From: Octopus sinensis | Lineage: Eukaryota | Length of the DNA: 64,000 nt | Direction: 5' to 3' | Assembly (NCBI RefSeq): GCF_006345805.1 | Contig: NC_043000.1 | Location: forward strand, 151,962,001 to 152,026,000 | Part shown: positions 37,295 through 51,202 of the stretch, piece after piece | How positions within the stretch are numbered: the stretch's first letter is position 1 | Layout: each line of letters begins with the position of its first letter | Notes under the pieces: generated by a model | Database searches by the model: none | Seen by the model: the letters and a program-made list of their open reading frames with translations, nothing else | Told to the model about the DNA's origin: nothing | Made by a program: the position numbers and the translations under genes

Positions 37295-38463
37295 TGCACA
37301 CATACATACACACACACGTATATATGTTGCTTATGTCCGGCAAAATTCGACTCGTGTTTATAAGAATGCTTTATCAATATTCACAGCGAAATGCAACAAA
37401 AACAGACATCTAAATATTCGCTATATTTTATATTATTGTGTATAAAACAGGTTAGGTTAGTTCTTTTTTCTCTTTTGAAACATCGTAAGCCCGACACCTC
37501 GTGACATGTTATTTACAAGTCATCATCAAAGATCTCATCGAACTCCAATAAATCAGGTTATTCGCAACGTTTTAGAGGAAGCTGACTTGAGATTTTGTTT
37601 CTTTCTTAAACATCCCCAGTTACCGACTGTTAAAAATGTATTTATTTTGTCATCGGGGATAAATGTTCTTAATTTATATACACTACATGTTGATCTAAGC
37701 AAAAAAAAAAAAAAAAGCCGAGAAGCGATACACACACACACACACACACACACACATAAGAAAATGAAATCTGTTCTTTAAAATCTCATGAAATACTAGA
37801 AATTGGCATATATTCTCTCATAATCTTTAATTTCTCCCATTTAAAAAATATATACATTAATATCTGCAAATTTCACTTCGTTGCAAATTCCGGAATTACC
37901 ATTATTCGCAGAAAATTCTCGAAAGCCATCACATGTTTCCTTCTTATTTATTTAATAAAATATTTTGAATACTCGAAGTACGTTCTTTTTCTTTCTCTCT
38001 CTTTTTTTCTTTTAAAGTTCCATTTGAAAAGTTTTGTTTTTTCTTTAAATTTCGAACATATGTGCAATATATTTTCTATGCAGTAATGAATGAGTGTCTC
38101 TATTGTATATATAGCAGATATTATATAAAAGATTTTGAAATAGTAAATATAATTTTTCTCTAAGACTAACAGAAAAAAAAAAACTAAGCCGGTATTTGTT
38201 TCGCGACTTGTTTTCTTTCCTTCTGCTTGGGCCACGGTCGACGTTTTTTCTCTGCAGGGATTTTTTTTAGGGGCGACCGATTACAGTGTGGGTCTCTTTT
38301 TTCTTTTTTTAGTTCTTTAATTTTCACTCCGTGGGCGTAAAGGGACGTAACTCAACGCACCTATCTGCTCAACGCATCTGTTGAGATGTCTTTTCTTTTC
38401 TTTTCGTTGCTTGCTTTTTTTAATAAAAATATGTCATTATTCAGCAGAAAATATATCATTTTT

Positions 38464-38872
38464 GGGCGATCTTTCGTCTCTAGTAGACCTTTCCGTCGAT
38501 TTCCGTAAAAAATTTTTGTTTTTTTACATATCAGCTTGCGGGAACTTTTGAAGTAATATACATACATATACACATACACCGAGTAAAAAATTTCAGTTAT
38601 CCCTTTCTTTCACACATTACTCTGTCTCTTCACACACACTAACAGAAGCACTTCACTTACACAACATACTGTCTGTCTCCCACACCCCATCAAACACACA
38701 CACACATGTACATCAATGCTTCCCATGCACGGTAACTTCAAAAGAACTTCCCTCGTCATACAATCGCTTTCTCTTAGTCTCTTTCAAAAGTTCCCGCAAG
38801 CCCATATGTAAAAAAAAAAAATGTTTTTTACGGAAATCGACGGAAAGGTCTACTAGAGACGAAAGATCGCCA
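38464..38872. mobile_element. MULE-like MITE
   Basis: ~90-bp TIRs starting GGGCGATCTTTCGTCTCTAGTAGACC; 9-bp TSD ATCATTTTT (38455-38463, 38873-38881). Confidence 0.8.
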
Positions 38873-38930
38873 ATCATTTTTGTTTAAGAATTAAAATAAT
38901 AAGAAATCGTTTTAAGAATATTCGTAACCT

Positions 38931-39267
38931 TTTAAACTGAATATGTGCCTGGGCATTCCATTTAGCTTTCTGCAATGGGATAACACTAATTGCATTTTAT
39001 TGCCTTTCATCATGCAATAAAATGCCTAATGCATTCATTGTCATCATTTTACCTCCCACTTTTAATGCCTTTTGTGGACTGAAGAATTTTTATTCAGAGT
39101 TTTTGCCCTCCTAGATGAGTTGATGACCCTATCATACTCGTGCTTTCCATTTTTGACAGAGTTTCTATGGCTGGATGTTTTTCATATGCCCACCACTTTA
39201 CAAAACGTGTTGGGTGCATTTTATTGTCACACCAACACAAGAGAGATTGTTGTGTATCTTTTAAAAC
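38931..39267 (+). repeat. Direct repeat, copy 1 (second copy at 43757-44104)
   Basis: About 90% identical by eye over ~340 bp. Confidence 0.9.
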
Positions 39268-39475
39268 AAGAGCATTCTTGATAAAAAAACCAAAATCCAA
39301 CGCATAGAACCTCTACGTGATAAGTCGACCTGCTAGCAACAGTACCCAAATATCTTCCAAGTCAAACTACGGTCTTTAAAAAAGAAAGGGCACATTAGAT
39401 AATGTAATCTTAGATGCCCAGTGTCCGAAAACTATGTTGGCATTTAGTTTTAATCAAGAATGCTTGTGTTAACGT

Positions 39476-39863
39476 CTCTCTTTGCACTCCGTCGGTTACG
39501 ACGATGAGGGTTCCGGTTGATCCGAATCAACGGAACAGTCTACTCGCAAAATTAACGTGCAAGTAGCTGAGCACTCCACAGACACGTGTACCCTTAACGT
39601 AGTTCTCGGGGATATTCAGCGTGACACAGAGAGTGACAAGGTCGGCCCCTTGAAATACAGGTACAACAGAAACAGGAAGTACGAGTGAGAGAGAGTTGTG
39701 GTGAAAGAGTACAGCTGGGATCACCACCATCCCCTGCCGGAGCCTCGTGGAGCTTTTAGGTGTTTTCGCTCAATAAACACTCACAACGCCCGGTCTGGGA
39801 ATCGAAACCGCGACCCTATGACCGCGAGTCCGCTGCCCTAACCACTGGGCCATTGCGCCTCCA
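39476..39863 (-). mobile_element. SINE family C
   Basis: Full copy; 13-bp TSD CTTGTGTTAACGT. Confidence 0.92.
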
Positions 39864-40142
39864 CTTGTGTTAACGTAGGCAGCCGTTAAAAGGTCTGCGA
39901 TTAAAAAGTATCGTCTGCTTTCAAGCAGGTTGAAAACCATGGCTCTCCATCTCAGTCTTGTACTATTTTATACATTCACTGCATGTTAGATCTGTTCAGT
40001 TCTTGATACGGCGAAAGTAAAGAATACGTACACCCGGTGTTTAGGGTTAGAGTTTAGGGTAAGGGTTTTTGTTACGCCGAAAATTGGCGGTGTACGTATT
40101 CTTTACTTCCGCCCTTGATATTATCCATCCACATAGGTTCTT

Positions 40143-40244
40143 GGTTTTTCTCTTTCTTTCCTTCTTTCTTCCTTTCTTTCTCTCTTTCTTTCTCTCTTCC
40201 TTTCTTCTTTCTTTCTTTCTTTCTTTCTTTCTTCTTTCTTTCTC

Positions 40245-40276
<32 letters not shown>

Positions 40277-40290
40277 TCCTTCCTTTTTTT
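40143..40290. repeat. (CTTT)n microsatellite
   Basis: Directly visible. Confidence 0.95.
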
Positions 40291-40599
40291 TAAAACCTTC
40301 CTATTCATTTTGCCTTCCATTAACAGTTCCAGATATAGTTTACTCTCTTTAACGTTTCGTACAAAATTTTCTTAGTTTTTACCATTCTCAATACTTCATT
40401 ATTGGGGGTTTTTTTTGTGTTTTGACCATGATATTCTCAAAAGTCTTTAATATACCCACATTACAAGAGCTTACAAGCTATTATATTACTTTAATTAATG
40501 GTCTCGAGGAATCAGGTGATGCCCGTGAGGGCGCTTGGCTTTCTCAACGCCTTAAGCCTTGCCATCATCGCCCGTAGTAATGCTGCGAGTGTGCTGGCT

Positions 40600-41290
40600 T
40601 GCTTCAGTAGCTTCCGTTAAAACTTGTGTGCAACCAGTTGCTGTAATGAAAAAAAAATCCCCACAAATGGTTTCAATACAGTTTTAACAGAAGGATTTGG
40701 AAGAATTAGATGAAAGTTCTCTGGCAATTTTCTTTCATGTAAATAAATATTTGTTAATTTAAAAATTTGCCAGCAAAATCTTATAAAATGACAATGTTCT
40801 AAAAAGTGTACAATCTCTTTGGAGTTTTGATATTAATCTTTCTTAGTGTTGGTAATATATTTGACTTTTTCCCAAATTCTCCTTCAGTTTCTTCGTCGCA
40901 TTTCCTTATTTTCTGATTGTATATATTCGAAGTATAGTTACCCTTGATGTGTAATTCAATTGGCTTTTCCTCAATTGTAATATTTATTTTTTATGACTTG
41001 CCTTTGATTTAATTTTCTTCCGTTTCGTTTCCATTCCACGGGAAATTCATTTGTCATTTACTCTAGCTATAGGATCCTTTGTATTAAAAATTACTAAAGC
41101 AGAACCGTCTGCATATACAGGGTTGATATCCATACTTCCTATTGTCAAACTTGGCACATCTTCTACTTCTCTGAAGATTTTCTCAGAGTATATTAAATAG
41201 CTTAGAGGATAGCATACAACCTTGCCTAACGCCTTTCTTAAATTTAAATTCTGAAATTTTCCCCTGTTCAGTCATCACCACTGCTGTTTG
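40600..41290 (-). pseudogene. Decayed RTE-type RT fragment
   Basis: GVRQGCMLSSKLFNI ... MDINPVYADGSALV (degenerate YADD). Confidence 0.7.
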
Positions 41291-41529
41291 TTTTTAGCAC
41301 GTTTTTGTTGTTCGGAGGTCCAGAAATGAGTGTCTTCTTAATCCAATATTATAGAACTATAATGGAAGTAGACCGATAGGGTTTGTGTTGTCCGGTAGTG
41401 AACGGAAACATTTAATTCATTCATTTATCTTTATTATTGAGTAAGACAAGTTACTCAATATCTTCCAAAGTAAGAAAACATGAAATGATTCAATGTTATG
41501 ATTGTGTTAAATTTCAGCAATTTGTTTGT

Positions 41530-42040
41530 TTGACACCGACTGCCGATATCCAAGCATGCTGACAAAAGTTCATATCTTCAGGTCTCTGGTTTTCCTTGTA
41601 TTGCTAAGTTGCGAGACTTGGAAAGTGTCTGGACTCCCAGAGGGGCCACCTGAACTCTTTCAGTATCAGGACGCTTTACAGAATAATGGACTACTATTGG
41701 TCAGAATTCGTTTCCAACCAACGATTATAGTTAGAAACTGAGATGTGTCATGTTACTTGTATGATCCGGGAGCACCAACTTAGACTGTTCGGTCACATTG
41801 CTGGATTTTCCGATTTAGATCCTACTGACCGTTTTCTCTTCTGAGGATCTGGTTAGGGTGACTGTTCGTGTTGGTCGGCCACATGCCTCACGGTTATGGC
41901 GGAAGAGGAAGTATTTCATGTTGATGGGAATTGACTGGGAACCACTCTGAGGGTTGCCCTGGATAACCCGATCAAATACTAATAAATGGTGTACGAACCG
42001 ACGCGCTGCAACGGCATATGCCCCCATATCTGACCTGACC
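41530..42040 (+). pseudogene. Decayed RTE-type LINE 3' fragment
   Basis: TKVHIFRSLVFLVLLSCETW and QLRLFGHIAGF-like segments. Confidence 0.6.
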
Positions 42041-43015
42041 TTGCACTGGCTGGCGATCTTTTAAAAATTTGTTTTCGGTTAAAAACCAATATTTATCTAT
42101 TAACCACCATAAGGAATGATCTTTTTCTCGGCATTCTCTTTGGACGGGTCTTGTATCTTCCAAAACGACGGGATTAAATCGCAATTTTTGTAAAATAAGA
42201 GAAATTAACCTTTCTCCCCCCCCTCTCTCCCTCTCTCTCCCCTCAAAGGTTAAATGAGAGAAAACTATGAACTGATTGATATTTTCCGTGCCTGTGAAGT
42301 TAGATAGCAATTTCTTCAAAGATAAGAGAAATTATTCAATTTTATCTCATGACTAAACGTAAAACAACTTGATATTTTGATAAAGATATTATTTAACATT
42401 GTCGGATTGGAAGGCCAGGTCAGAGCAACACAATACCATTATTGTTGATAGTTGAATAACGGAAAGAATATTCGTTTCTTACAGTTTTTTTTCTTTCTTT
42501 TACTTGCTGTATGAGACTAAACAAACTAACTGCTGCTGAAATTGAACTAAATTTATAATTATAACCGTGACATTTTCTATTCTCTTCTGAAAGGTTTTCA
42601 ATAAATTGTCTCTACGTCAAAAAAAAAAAATGCTAATACCTTTTATTTTGCATAGCTTTTTTCTTTTTGTTATGAACATGAAGCAAGTGGTTTTAGTTCC
42701 CAAGATAAGAAATGAGGAGGTCTAAGAAGACTGAAACATGCCTGGTTTAGTGTCTCATACTTCCTGAAAAGATTTAGTCAATGAGCTTATGAGTCCATGT
42801 TGTCTTTTCCTCTCAACATTAATTTGATTATGGACGGCATCTCTAAAAATGAAAAATGTTATTTTAAAAAAATGTCAGCCCATAGTCCTTACTTTTACAT
42901 CAAGTCTGGAACACTCAATCATAGGTCTACTTGAAAGCTGCTCTGGAGCTTAACATCATCATTAGTAAAGAACCTGATGAGGCTACCTCTGCATGGACTC
43001 ATCAGAAGCTTTCTG

Positions 43016-43432
43016 GGATCTTTTCGGTTTGAACAGCAGTTTTTAACATAATTTCTAGGTAACTAAAAAATTTTAAACTTCGTATACTGGTAGAATGTGT
43101 TTATAAAACATCTTTTTCTCTTGGCTTTATTGAGAAAATTCTATAGTTTCTAAGATATTTGTTGTTTTTTTTTCTTCAATTTCTGCAATTTCAACCAATC
43201 ACTGACATATTTGAGGTAAAAAACATTCTGTACCATATGAATATGTCCCTCGTTTAAGAAACAGATTGGGTTTATTTACATTTGTGAAGAAAAAAAGATA
43301 CCCTTCCCCCCACCCCTAACCCTAACCCTAAAACAGATTGAAATGCAATAGATCGATACTAGGGTCATGATTATGGGTGACAATTTCATATGACACTGCT
43401 AGAAAAAATTGCCGTTCAAACCGAAAAGATCC
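43016..43432. mobile_element. MITE with GG termini and 8-bp TSD (Merlin-like), containing telomere-type repeats
   Basis: TIRs GGATCTTTTCGGTTTGAAC(A/G)GCA; TSD GCTTTCTG (43008-43015, 43433-43440); CCCTAA x3 at ~43314-43331. Superfamily is inferred. Confidence 0.8.
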
Positions 43433-43756
43433 GCTTTCTGTGCTATTGAAGTTCACTTCAACTCATTCAAAAAGGCTTCACTAACTACAATTCTTTAATT
43501 ACTTGGGCACTACTGAGTTGTGTCCTCTTTTGTACTCATCTACTGCTAATATGATTGTCTCTTCTTTTCTGAACATGCTGATTCTATATCTCCTTCACCT
43601 AAACCCTATTGAGTTATCAATTTCTCCCCCAACTGACCATTTTCTGTGTTGGAGTTACTACTTATTAACATTTCTCCAATATTCCTCCTAAAATTTGTGT
43701 CCCTTTGAAAGTTCCTTCTTGCCTATATTGTGCTCTGAATGATTGACCTTCAGAAC

Positions 43757-44104
43757 TTTAAACTGAGTATGTGCCTGGGCATTCCATTTAGCTTTCTGCA
43801 GTGGGATAACACTAATTGCATTTTATTGCATGAAAGGCAGGCCATACTGCTTGTTTTGATACCTAGTGCATTCATTGTCATCATTTTACCTCCCACTTTT
43901 AATGCCCTTTGTGGACTGATCAATTTTTATTCAGAGTTTTTGCCCTCCTAGGTGAGTTGATGACCACACCATACTCATGCATTTGATTTTTGACAGAATT
44001 TCTATGGCTGGATGTTTTTCATATGCCCACCACTTTACAAAACGTGCTGGGTGCATTCTATTGTCACACCAACACAAGAGAGATTGTTGTGTATCTTTTA
44101 AAAC
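43757..44104 (+). repeat. Direct repeat, copy 2
   Basis: Matches 38931-39267. Confidence 0.9.
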
Positions 44105-46087
44105 TAAAGAGTCCTCTCCTTTATGATGGTTCCATTCATTCATTTATTAATACCAGAAGACCCATCCTCCACAGCAGAAGTGTTAAGGCTGCATTCTCCT
44201 GGTGAAGATGCTCGGCCTGCGAGAGTCCTGTGCCAGTGTCACATAAAAAACACTTATGCCGGTGCCACATAATGAGCATTTGTGCCAGTGGCATGTTAAA
44301 ACCAACCAGCACACACTATAAAGTGGTTGGCATTAGGAAGCGCATCCAACTATAGAAACCAAGCCAAATCAGATTGGAACTTGGGGCAGCTTGCCAGCTC
44401 TGGTCAAAACATTCAATTCGTGCCACCAAATGGACATTAAGTAAAAAGAAAATGAAAGAAGAGGGTTATCTTCTCCCTGGCAGATAGAAGAGAGATAATT
44501 ATAGAGAACCAGATTGATAGGAGCAAGAATGTAACAAAAAAGAGCAGGCAGAGAGTGATAGATGATTGGGTGTAAGGAAATTAAATAGAGATGACAGGAG
44601 CGGCATGATAGAGGGATAGAGAGTAGGTGGAAGGAAAGTGGGTGATAGAAGAGAGTGAACTGAGTGAGTGATGGGAGAATGTCATGGATGCCAACATTGT
44701 CATTTATTATTAACATCTCTGATAGTGATCAACAAAGAAATAGAGAAGATGAACTTCAGTCAGACAGTTTTAACTCCTTCGGGTTTATTAGAAATGTTTT
44801 GTAATAATGCAGTTTGGCTCAGCATTCAACACTGCATCATGTGAAGACTGTCAAAAGAAGTCTTTGCATTTGGAAGTTTATTTTACAATACTCTATGTAC
44901 ACATAATGAATCAAGGAGCTTTTTTTTTTTTTAATCATATTATTATTTAATTAGAGGAAGATAGGCAATGCCCATCACCTTTGAAAGCCTTGTCCAAAAA
45001 GTGTTATTTCAAATTCTTTTTTTGTGATTAATTGCTATTTCAACTTTTATTTCTTCTCTTCATCTTTTACAAAACATGTAATTTAGGAAAAACACTTTTC
45101 AGATTGGATACCATTGTTTTATGTTGATGATTTCAGGGAAACCAAAAGATATCTTGTTATAGATTTTTACAATACATAAATTAGTAACTCAAGATAGATT
45201 GACAAAATCTTTGTCTCTATTATTTTGTAAATTTTCCCAAGCCGAAGGTTTCATTAGCTTATGGCCATAGTCATCATTTCAGTATATCATGTGACCCCCC
45301 TCTCTCAAATTAAATAATATATCATATATTTGACATAATATATTTAGACATCAAACTCAATAGGTTTACATACCGTGTATTTTATTCTTAATCTTATATT
45401 TTTAGCATCATCAGTTTATTATGCCATTTATTTTAACCCATATCTTTTACATGTTTCAAACTTAGCCACAACTACGCCATATAAAACAGATATCACTTGA
45501 TGAAAGATGTTTTTTTATTTTTGGCTGTTGTATCTTTGCTAAGGAAGTATGGAGACAAATAAAGAGGTATGTATTGAAGGGAAGGAATATAAATAGTGTA
45601 ATAATATGGGCAATCAAGTTAGTGCTCAGTTAAAAATACTGAGATTGATACTTGCTATTAATAACAGCTTTGGAGTTGACGGTTCTAATAGCGGCTGGAT
45701 GATCATTGTTTTCATTTTTCCGGGAATTTTCCAGAGATAATTAAATACGTATCAGATTGACTAAAAGTGAAAGTAGAGGAGAATGCTGGTTTGACATGGC
45801 ATGTCAAGCTGACTAGATAATTAATATTGCTTTTTCATGATCTCATAAATAACATCCCCCACTAAGTTACAGAACTACAGTAGGTGTTTAAAAAAAATGA
45901 CTAATTCTTTCTCTTTCATAAGACATTATTTACTTGGAGATAGTATTGGAATGGTTATAAAAGATAAAAATGCATTTATTTACAGGCAGAAGAAGCTTCA
46001 AATTCTTGTGGCTGCCAGACTAATTTACTGATACAGTACAGTACTTCTGGGCTTGTATCATTTATACTAATGTACAGGTACTTATAT

Positions 46088-46295
46088 TTACTCTTTTACT
46101 TGTTTCAGTCATTTGACTGCGGCCATGCTGGAGCACCGCCTTCAGTCGATCGAGCAAATCGACCCCGGAACTTATTCTTTGTAAGCCCAGTACTTATTCT
46201 ATCGGTCTCTTTTGCCAAACCGCTAAGTGGCGGGGACGTAGACACACCAGCATCGGTTGTCAAGCAATGCTAGGGGGACAAACACAGACACACAA

Positions 46296-46362
<67 letters not shown>

Positions 46363-46525
46363 CATATATACAACAGGCTTCTTTCAGTTTCCGTCTACCA
46401 AATCCACTCACAAGGCATTGGTCGGCCCGGGGCTATAGCAGAAGACACTTGCCCAAGATGCCACGCAGTGGGACTGAACCCGCAACCATGTGGTTGGTTA
46501 GCAAGCTACTTACCACACAGCCACT
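46088..46525 (-). mobile_element. SINE family B
   Basis: Family match. Confidence 0.9.
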
Positions 46526-47417
46526 TAATTATCTAGATAAATTTAATATTTGTTAAATTTAGAGTGCGTTGACTAAAGTAACAACTCTTGGTGTGAATAT
46601 GATATGGAGTCAACGATTCTGAGGAATGGTTTGATAATAGAGAGTATAGAAGTGCTGGTGAATGTTGATTAAAGGGTTAACCAAACAGGTGGATAAGTAT
46701 TCATTTGATAAATCGAGGACATGAGTGATAATGTGTTTCATTTTATAAAGTAGCACATTTAGAAACAGAAGGTATTAAATACCTGAACTTCTCACTCTTG
46801 GATTATGCACTTAAATCCATTCTAAGGGTTTTTGAAGCAAGCATTTTATTCCCATTCCTCCCAAAAGCCAACGACATTTATATTTCCCTGAAACTAAACA
46901 TAACTCTAGCTCATATAGATCCATTCAGACCTAGGAGATACATGCAGTTATGCTACTCTGATAAAAAGAGTATTTGAGATTTATAAAAGATAAGCAGGTA
47001 TTTAGTGTTGAAATAGTTGCCTGGTCCTTTAAAAAAAAAAAATCCATCCTTTTGTGATGAAATGTGTAGAAAGTGTGGTTTTTCAGGGAGAACTTATTGG
47101 AGATTATCATTATTTAGAGAATTTGATAGTTTTAGCTGCATGTTTTCATGAATGAAATGTTGTAAATTTGGTAGATTATTTTCTGTTTGAAAGACATTAG
47201 CATGGCAGACACATCCAAATCTTATTGCTCCAGCATAATGCACGTGTTTAGAACAAGCTAACTACATTGAAAGACAGTCTATGATGCACTGAGAGTGGGG
47301 AGAGTTTGTTACTCTTTGAATTCAAGAATTAAAGCAGAAGGCTGCTGCAAAGGGAATCAAAGCTCAATGAATTGATGGATGTGTGTGTGTATGTATATAT
47401 ATATATATATATACCGC

Positions 47418-47621
47418 CAGACTGGCCCTTGTGCAGGTGGCACGTAAAAGCACCCACTACACTCTTGGAGTGGTTGGCGTTAGGAAGGGCATCCAGCTGT
47501 AAAAACTCTGCCAGATTAGATTGGAGCCTGGTGCAGCCATCGGGTTTGCCAGTCCTCAGTCAAATCGTCCAACCCGTGCTAGCATGGAAAGTGGACGTTA
47601 AAGGATGATGATGATGATGAT
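47418..47621 (+). mobile_element. Repeat family D (SINE/LINE-tail-like, (GAT)n tail)
   Basis: GGAGTGGTTGGCGTTAGGAAGGGCATCCAGCTGT ... GGACGTTAAA-(GAT)n. Confidence 0.8.
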
Positions 47622-47807
47622 TTAGATGATGGAGTCTCCCATCGAAGATGACATATGAGCATGCAGCTTTTGCCGAACGATCTGCAAATTGATTTGTTTA
47701 TGATGATCAAATGTTCAAGTCACACATTAGCTCGCTCTCTCCATCAAATCAATGTTGTCTGTACAGGTGCACCGTGTGCCACATGTCAGCTGTCAAAGTG
47801 ATTGCAC

Positions 47808-47841
<34 letters not shown>

Positions 47842-47862
47842 ATGTGTTAAAGATGATGATGA

Positions 47863-47903
<41 letters not shown>

Positions 47904-47994
47904 ACTAATGTAGGATAAAATTTTTACGAGAAAAAAATTTTATCAATGGCCAGCATATCAAAAAATACCTTTAAAGGTTAAATTTATAAATAAT

Positions 47995-48274
47995 TTACAA
48001 AATAAGGGCAAAAGAAAAATTCTAATGCCAAATATGCTGAAAAAAGACAAAATTGTCAATAACCATTATAATTTATGCGTCTCGAAATAAACCGAAAGAA
48101 ATTTCTAAAAAATTCGTTATTACCGTATCGGTCCCAATTTCGGGGTTAATTCATAAGAATTTTCCCCTCTTCAGCGATATTTCGAGACGCATAAATTATA
48201 ATGGTTATTGACAATTTTGTCTTTTTTTTCGGCATATTTGGCATTAGAATTTTTCTTTTGCCCTTATTTTGTAA
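47995..48274. repeat. Inverted repeat (~95-bp arms) enclosing a degenerate hammerhead motif; probable Penelope-like relic
   Basis: Arms 47995-48089 and 48178-48274; minus-strand TATCG-CTGAAGA-GGGG...CCCC-GAAA-ttgggac-CGATA at 48126-48179. Confidence 0.7.
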
Positions 48275-49779
48275 CTTATATATTATATATATATATAAAT
48301 GCATGCATGTGTGTATGTAAAATTAGCTGGAAGAGAAACTGAGTCCAAGATTTGGTGTACTAAGTACATCATCATCATCATCATCATCATTTAGCGTCCG
48401 CTTTCCATGCTAGCATAACAATAACTACCATTTTTCAAAAATCTTTACTGTTCACCTAAGCCCAGTTTTTGCATGTAACGGTTTCCTTTTTCCTCAACTA
48501 TTTGTTTCTCATGCTTGTATGGATTAGATAAGTTTTGCAACACAGCAAATATCAATGCATAGCTATTTTGTACCATCTCACTTGTAACACTGTGTGTTAT
48601 GGTTTATGCAAGCTAATTCATCCATTTTCTGCAGCTTGGGTTGTTGTTTAGGGGTTTTTTAGCCACCTCCTCCTGTTTTTGTAAAATTTCACAGCACATT
48701 TTCCCCCAGCATGTTACCTGTTCTCATTATTAATATAATGATCTCATTCGCATTATTAACAATGCTGCTTTATTAAGTCATTTGAAGTTAGGCTGTTCTT
48801 TAATTCAGATTAGTCATCCAAGAAATCGTACCCATCTCATTACTTTCCAGTGATTATATGCTTTCAGTATTCATGTTTCACTGTCATGTATAGAGAGAGA
48901 ATCCACCAAGGGATAATAGTTTCCTAAATCTTCATGAATAACCTGTTTGTTATTGGTTCCACCCCTCTACCAATTCCTTTATTTTTGTAGTCTTTTACTC
49001 AACATTTGTTAACTATATTCAAAACTGTTGCTTTTAATGATTTGATGTATTTGTATGACTTGTACATATAGCTGTGTATATTAGGTGACTCATTTTCCGT
49101 TTTGATTTTATTTTGCAATTCCTGTCTTCTTTTTAAAACATATTCATACTTTTCGAGTTTTTAGAAATTCTGTTTTGTAAAATAAATAGAAAGTTGAAGA
49201 AAATAAAGTACAGATGCGATAATGAATAATGAAGAGAATGATAACAGTTCTTATTCATGAAAGCGAGTCCTATATATGAATATTTAATTAAGATTTTATT
49301 AATGTACTCTTTTCTTTTACCTGGATTTCAAATTAATATTAGCTTTTGGCATGTATAAGTCATATTTCTTTTACTTTTGTTAATTGGGTATTTTGAATTC
49401 AAAAGCTGTTGTTGAATGATCAGATTCTTATTCTACATAATCATTTATATAATGACATATTTTTGATTAATGAAAGTGAAAAAGCTGAGTGGAAATGATG
49501 AATGACTTCTATAGGGCTGTCAGATATATTTTTTTTCTTTTTGGCACTCCATCTTCAAATCTGAAAAAAGGTAAATTTCATTCAAATTACAAAAGCAATA
49601 GACAAAACTTGTAGAGGAAGAATAGAAGTACAAATAATCATAAAACACCATAATAAAATATTTTTTGTGCTAAGTCAAATAACATTGGAAAGTATTAAAA
49701 TAAATGGGAACATTATCTGACAACCCAATAATTCAGTAGTTTGGAGTTGAAATACTCTGTAAGTATATTGCCATATACT

Positions 49780-49985
49780 CTTTACTTTTTTACTCTTTTA
49801 CTTGTTTCAGTCATTTGACAGCGGCCATGCTGGAGCACCGCCTTTAGTCAAGCAAATCGACCCCGGGACTTATTCTTTGTAAGCCCAGTACTTATTCTAT
49901 CGGTCTCTTTTGCTGAACCGCTAAGTGACAGGGACGTAAACACACCAGCATCGGTTGTCAAGCAAAGCTAGGGGGACAAACACAG

Positions 49986-50048
<63 letters not shown>

Positions 50049-50205
50049 TATGACAGGCTTCTTTCAGTTTCCGTCTACCAAATCCACTCACAAGGCATTG
50101 GTTGGCCCGGGGCTATAGCAGAAGACACTTGCCCAAGGTGCCACGCAGTGGGACTGAACCCGGAACCATGTGGTTGGTTAGCAAGCTACTTACCACACAG
50201 CCACT
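49780..50205 (-). mobile_element. SINE family B
   Basis: Family match. Confidence 0.9.
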
Positions 50206-50329
50206 ATAATTTTATATGCTTCAATTCATTTCACCTTACTTTCAAGAATAGATTAAAAGTCATTTAAAAATATTTTCAGAAATATACTGGTATCCTGTCC
50301 AAGGGAAGATTTATCTGTATTGCATTTAA

Positions 50330-50547
50330 CACTTTAGCATTTAAATTAGCCATATCTGGCCAAAATATTCTACAAGTTTTATGTTCAAATCAGCCAGTTC
50401 TGGCCTCTCACACCAACCCTACAATACCATTCTAAAACTTTGCAGTTACCTTATCAAAATCTCAAAGCTACAAAATAATGTATACTTATTTCAAAACTAT
50501 GAATAAATTGGTATTACTTTTGACCGAATAATGTGAATGTTAAAGGG
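50330..50547. mobile_element. piggyBac-like MITE
   Basis: TTAA on both sides; imperfect TIRs CACTTTAGCATT / AATGTTAAAGGG. Confidence 0.6.
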
Positions 50548-51202
50548 TTAATGCAGTAACACCAGTGATGAGCACCTGACTTTAATGCCATTTTGAGAAT
50601 CAGGAAATGTTTACATCATACATTTTATGATTTGCATTTATCAACATTTGCATATGTTTATAAACAGAAGCCAATGTTACCCTTCTGAAATTTCTTGTGA
50701 AAGAAAGTTAATCTCTATTTTCTGGATGAGATACTTTAGAGATAGATACCTATTTGAGGCAGAATTTGAAGCCACAACATAAACATTTTCATCTTTTTAG
50801 TCACTAAACTATTAACCCAAACATTAGAATTGAATTTAAAGTAGTACCTTAATTGAGAAATAAACTAGATGTTTATAAATTTGCAAAAAAAAAAAAAAAA
50901 AAGGTCACTGGGGGCATTATTCATATGAACACAATAATAATAGATGGTGTACATTGTATGAAAACGCTGGATATTGATTTCTTGTAACTAGAGTTGTAAT
51001 AGACCAAGAAATAGATCAGCTCACAACAATTAGATTCCAGCTGTAAGATGATACGAGATTAAAGACAACTAAATATGTGTTGCCTGTCAGTATTTTGGAT
51101 GTGAATTTTCCCACATTATCTACTTCATCTTTATATTCTCATTTACACTATATTTCTCACATCATTTTCATGCACCTTCTTTCTACGCACACATACACAC
51201 AT

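Noticed and set aside
42974-43005. CTGATGAG...CTCATCAG
   Set aside because: Simple 8-bp inverted repeat with no GAAA or helix III.
38931-44104. LTR retrotransposon bounded by the direct repeats
   Set aside because: No TG..CA, PBS, PPT or gag/pol; the interior is unrelated MITEs, SINEs and LINE fragments.
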